64,000 nucleotides of DNA. Origin: Nitrosopumilaceae archaeon. Lineage in GTDB: Archaea > Thermoproteota > Nitrososphaeria > Nitrososphaerales > Nitrosopumilaceae. Below the pieces are notes generated by a model that saw only the letters and a program-made list of their open reading frames with translations, did no database searches and was not told the DNA's origin. The number at the start of each line of letters is the position of its first letter. Position 1 is the stretch's first letter. Location: positions 288,001 through 352,000 of the forward strand of contig CBDATR010000024.1 of NCBI GenBank assembly GCA_965200155.1, written 5' to 3'. Positions 61,058 to 64,000 of the stretch are shown here, piece by piece. A program made the translations under genes and the position numbers.

Positions 61058-61489
61058 TTGTCGCGACAGTTATTGGTAGTATTCATGGCGGTCGGGGCTA
61101 CATCCGGCCTGGCTGTGGGGTTATTGCTGCTGAGCACTGATGATGGGGACCTAGACTACAAGAGTGGTCTCTCGGTAGGCGTGATTACGGACAAAAAAGA
61201 GTATGTCCGAGGCGAGACTGTGCATGTCAGTATAGTGAATACTGGTACCGTGACACTACCCGGTGGTCCTTGGGATTTGGAGGTAACCGGCTTGTCTGGT
61301 ATGCGCATGTATCACACCACTCATGAGGGCATCTCTGATGTATTGGTTACCGGCGATTCAGTTAGCGTGGTCTGGAATCAGACCAAGACTGACGGACAAA
61401 CTATTCTGGATGGCTTGTATCGCATATCCGTACAAGGTCCGTCCGAAGCCCATATACGCGACTCTACCATAATTACAATACAGAAATGA
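61058..61489 (+). CDS. Hypothetical membrane-anchored Ig-like protein
   Basis: N-terminal TM, TDKKEYVRGETV. Confidence 0.7.
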   Translation: MSRQLLVVFMAVGATSGLAVGLLLLSTDDGDLDYKSGLSVGVITDKKEYVRGETVHVSIVNTGTVTLPGGPWDLEVTGLSGMRMYHTTHEGISDVLVTGDSVSVVWNQTKTDGQTILDGLYRISVQGPSEAHIRDSTIITIQK

Positions 61490-61492
61490 TAG

Positions 61493-61593
61493 TGGCGCCG
61501 GGAGGGAGATTTGAACTCCCGTTCCCTTGCGAGAACGCGCTTTATGGTCCTTGATTTCCAGGCGCGCGCCCTACCAGGCTAGGCGACCCCGGC
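61493..61593 (-). tRNA. tRNA-Ser(GGA) with a short intron
   Basis: GCCGGGG stem; cgcgc-ctGGAa plus insert; long variable arm; GTTCAAATC; encoded CCA. Confidence 0.92.
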
Positions 61594-61827
61594 ACACTGT
61601 TGAATATCAGTGCTGACTAATTAACTGATTCGCTAGATTTTTGGGAATTATATATGAGTTACATTATTCATGGGAACCGGTTACTGGAATGAGGTGCATA
61701 GAATCATCACTCCCAATAATGACACTGATATACAACAAGTTTGGTGTGCAGACTTGTGTGTTCTTTAGCCGTTCTCACACACAAAGTGATTCTGTGCATA
61801 AGATCTAATATACTGCCCAAGAATATT

Positions 61828-62709
61828 ATGATGTTGAAATCTTTGTTATTCAATAAAAGGCCACAGGTATTCGAGGTCTCCAACGGCAGGAATCCTTATC
61901 ATCTTATACCATACATAGGCAACAAGTCTGGTTTTTGCCATATCTTTGATGTACTGATACCAGATTCTATTAGAAACCACCGGATATATGATATCTTTGG
62001 TGGTGGTGGCTCATTCTCCATATACTGCTCATATCGCTTTGGTTCAAAAAATGTCACATACAACGATAACAATCCAGTCATAGCCAATTTCATACGATGT
62101 GTAAGGGATGACCCTTCCGGGTTGCACCGGCAGTATCTCATGCATAAACAAAAATCAGGCAATGAATACTATCTTGATACACGAGACAAATCTCTAGACG
62201 TCGGTCTTGTGGGCGCTGGCCGGTTCCTGTATCTGGCCAAGAATGCATTCTCAGGTAAGATAAGGTTCAACCGTTCCAACAAGTTCAACACACCCATGAG
62301 AAAGGACAGTCGGTGCCCGGATATGGATCTTGAGCACCTACGACGAACCAGCGATATAATAAAGGACATGACAATTACGAACGAATCCTACGAGTTCTAT
62401 GATGATACACGGGAATCATTTGTGTACCTTGATCCACCATACATGAATAATACAAACAACCATTACAACGGGGTGCCGGAGACGGACAAGTTTATAGAAT
62501 TTGTGAAGAAGATAGAATGGGATAATTATATTATGATTTCAGAGCAGAATGATCCGTCTGCCTTGAAACTGTCTGATGATTTCAGAGTCTATCCCATACT
62601 GCTGAAACGATCACTACAATATAATACACAAAATAGCAGCCAAGAGATCATAGCGATAAACTACATTTCGACACTGTTGGAATCTACTGATGGCAAGCAT
62701 AGCCATTAG
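61828..62709 (+). CDS. Dam-family (D12 class) DNA methyltransferase
   Basis: PYIGNK, DIFGGGGS, ND, YLDPPY. Confidence 0.9.
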   Translation: MMLKSLLFNKRPQVFEVSNGRNPYHLIPYIGNKSGFCHIFDVLIPDSIRNHRIYDIFGGGGSFSIYCSYRFGSKNVTYNDNNPVIANFIRCVRDDPSGLHRQYLMHKQKSGNEYYLDTRDKSLDVGLVGAGRFLYLAKNAFSGKIRFNRSNKFNTPMRKDSRCPDMDLEHLRRTSDIIKDMTITNESYEFYDDTRESFVYLDPPYMNNTNNHYNGVPETDKFIEFVKKIEWDNYIMISEQNDPSALKLSDDFRVYPILLKRSLQYNTQNSSQEIIAINYISTLLESTDGKHSH

Positions 62710-63452
62710 TGGATTTCAAAACGAGGACTGGGTAGTGTCAGAATTCAACAACTACCTTTGTAGCTATTGGGCAAAGCGTTGGCTAAAAACCATGGGATAC
62801 AATAAGATCGAACATCTATGCTCACAAACAACCAGAAAAATGGGTTATTTCAACAAGGCAGATGTCTTGGTTCTAGGTAGAATGGATCTCGGTTAAAAAA
62901 TTCTCGATTAGTTTCAACCAGATTGATAAGAAGTGGGTTGATGCATATGCGAAACAGTGGAACATGTCACAAGAAGTTAAAAATATTTTCAAAAGATATT
63001 GTGGGGAAGTAGGGCATAGGCCAAGAGACTTGCTTAATGAACGTCAGTTGAGAGAAATCTCTGACAAGAGGCGTTTTAAAATGAATGAATTGTCTGAGGC
63101 ATATCAGGAACAAATGTTAAATTTTTTAAACAAGAACCGGAAGAAGATTGTTAAGGATGTTATAAGTGGAAGCGGAAAGGCATCGGCCAAATGGATGCTT
63201 TTGGTAGAGGAAAAAGATGGTAGTCCGCAAAGATCTGTACTTTTACCGATTAAGATGGTTATAGAGCATTGCAACGGTAGAGCATCGATCACGGAACGAG
63301 GAAATTTAAAACTAGGTGAGATTACCATACAGAGGAAGGGTGGAGATGCAGGTAAGGATACATCTCAGATGCTGCAATTTAAATTCTCACCTAGAAGACT
63401 TTTCGATATTCAGGGTATAGATGTTATTGAGCGATGTAAGAAAATTCCGTGA
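62690..63452 (+). pseudogene. HinP1I-like type II restriction endonuclease, frameshifted near 62880
   Basis: GFQNE, WLKTMG, FNQIDK.W, Y.GE, DKRRF and TIQRKGGD.G..T.QMLQFK match recalled R.HinP1I motifs; split over two frames. Confidence 0.85.
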
Positions 63453-63567
63453 GATAAGCGCGGCATTACGGAGAATATATGCTAAAGTCACAGAATACGA
63501 GCGCGAGTAGAGAATCGCATGATTTTTTGGTGGTTTTTCAATAGAACCGGTTATAGGAAAGATTACT

Positions 63568-63590
63568 AGACCTTATGCGCATGATTGACA
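63568..63590. mobile_element. Solo IS5-like terminal fragment abutting a MITE2-like end
   Basis: AGACCTTATGCGCATGATTGACA is identical to 27409-27431 and preceded by ACT. Confidence 0.8.
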
Positions 63591-63731
63591 TCAGGTCGCT
63601 CCAAATTGGGATTATGGCACATGAGGGACTATTGGAATGATAGTCCTAACAAGTAACTTAACTACATAATTCCCAGATTTTTTCCCGGTATTTCAGGTAA
63701 TACTCTTGCCCATAGCATCATTAACCATAGG

Positions 63732-63807
63732 TGCTCCCGCCGGGATTTGAACCCGGGATCACTGCCTTGAGAGGGCAGTATGCTTAACCGGACTACACCA
63801 CAGGAGC
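63732..63807 (-). tRNA. tRNA-Glu(CTC)
   Basis: ctgcc-ctCTCaa-ggcag anticodon arm; GGTTCAAATCC. Confidence 0.95.
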
Positions 63808-64000
63808 CCCGTATAGCTCTCAAACAGTCTTAATTTAAAGGAAATGCAGGGTATGTTCTCCCGTTATTATGCAAACCGTGGTGTTAGTTTAAGCTGATCC
63901 AGATTGATGTACGCGGCCACGCCATTAAAATGATGCTAGGTTAGGCGACAAATCTGAGTGTGTAACCTTGAATATTCTCTGATGCCGGAGCGACTCCTTA

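Overview
This is 64 kb of a chromosome from an ammonia-oxidising archaeon (Nitrosopumilaceae / Cenarchaeum-like Thaumarchaeota). Core genes include amoA, amoB, amoC and amoX (dispersed rather than contiguous), a his operon split by an IS, thrC, a MoaD-MoeB fusion, guaB, fen1, msrB, hppA, serS, ftsY with a four-copy 58-aa tail, argF, the rpl18-secY-cbf5 cluster and four tRNAs. Intergenic space holds nested mobile DNA: two IS5-like copies (3-bp TSD), two IS481-like relics, IS66 and tnpB relics, and three MITE families, including a 92-bp IS66-type MITE with 8-bp TSDs. Two signals stand out. (1) At two unrelated non-CRISPR loci a 37-bp host segment is duplicated around a 35-36-bp foreign insert, the geometry of Cas1-Cas2 spacer acquisition; for one locus the empty ancestral allele is in the window. 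(2) A recurrent 12-bp near-palindrome NNAACCGGTTNN replaces exactly 5 bp of target in two independent, reconstructable cases. A frameshifted HinP1I-like endonuclease is also paired with a Dam-family methyltransferase. All calls were made by eye and no searches were run.
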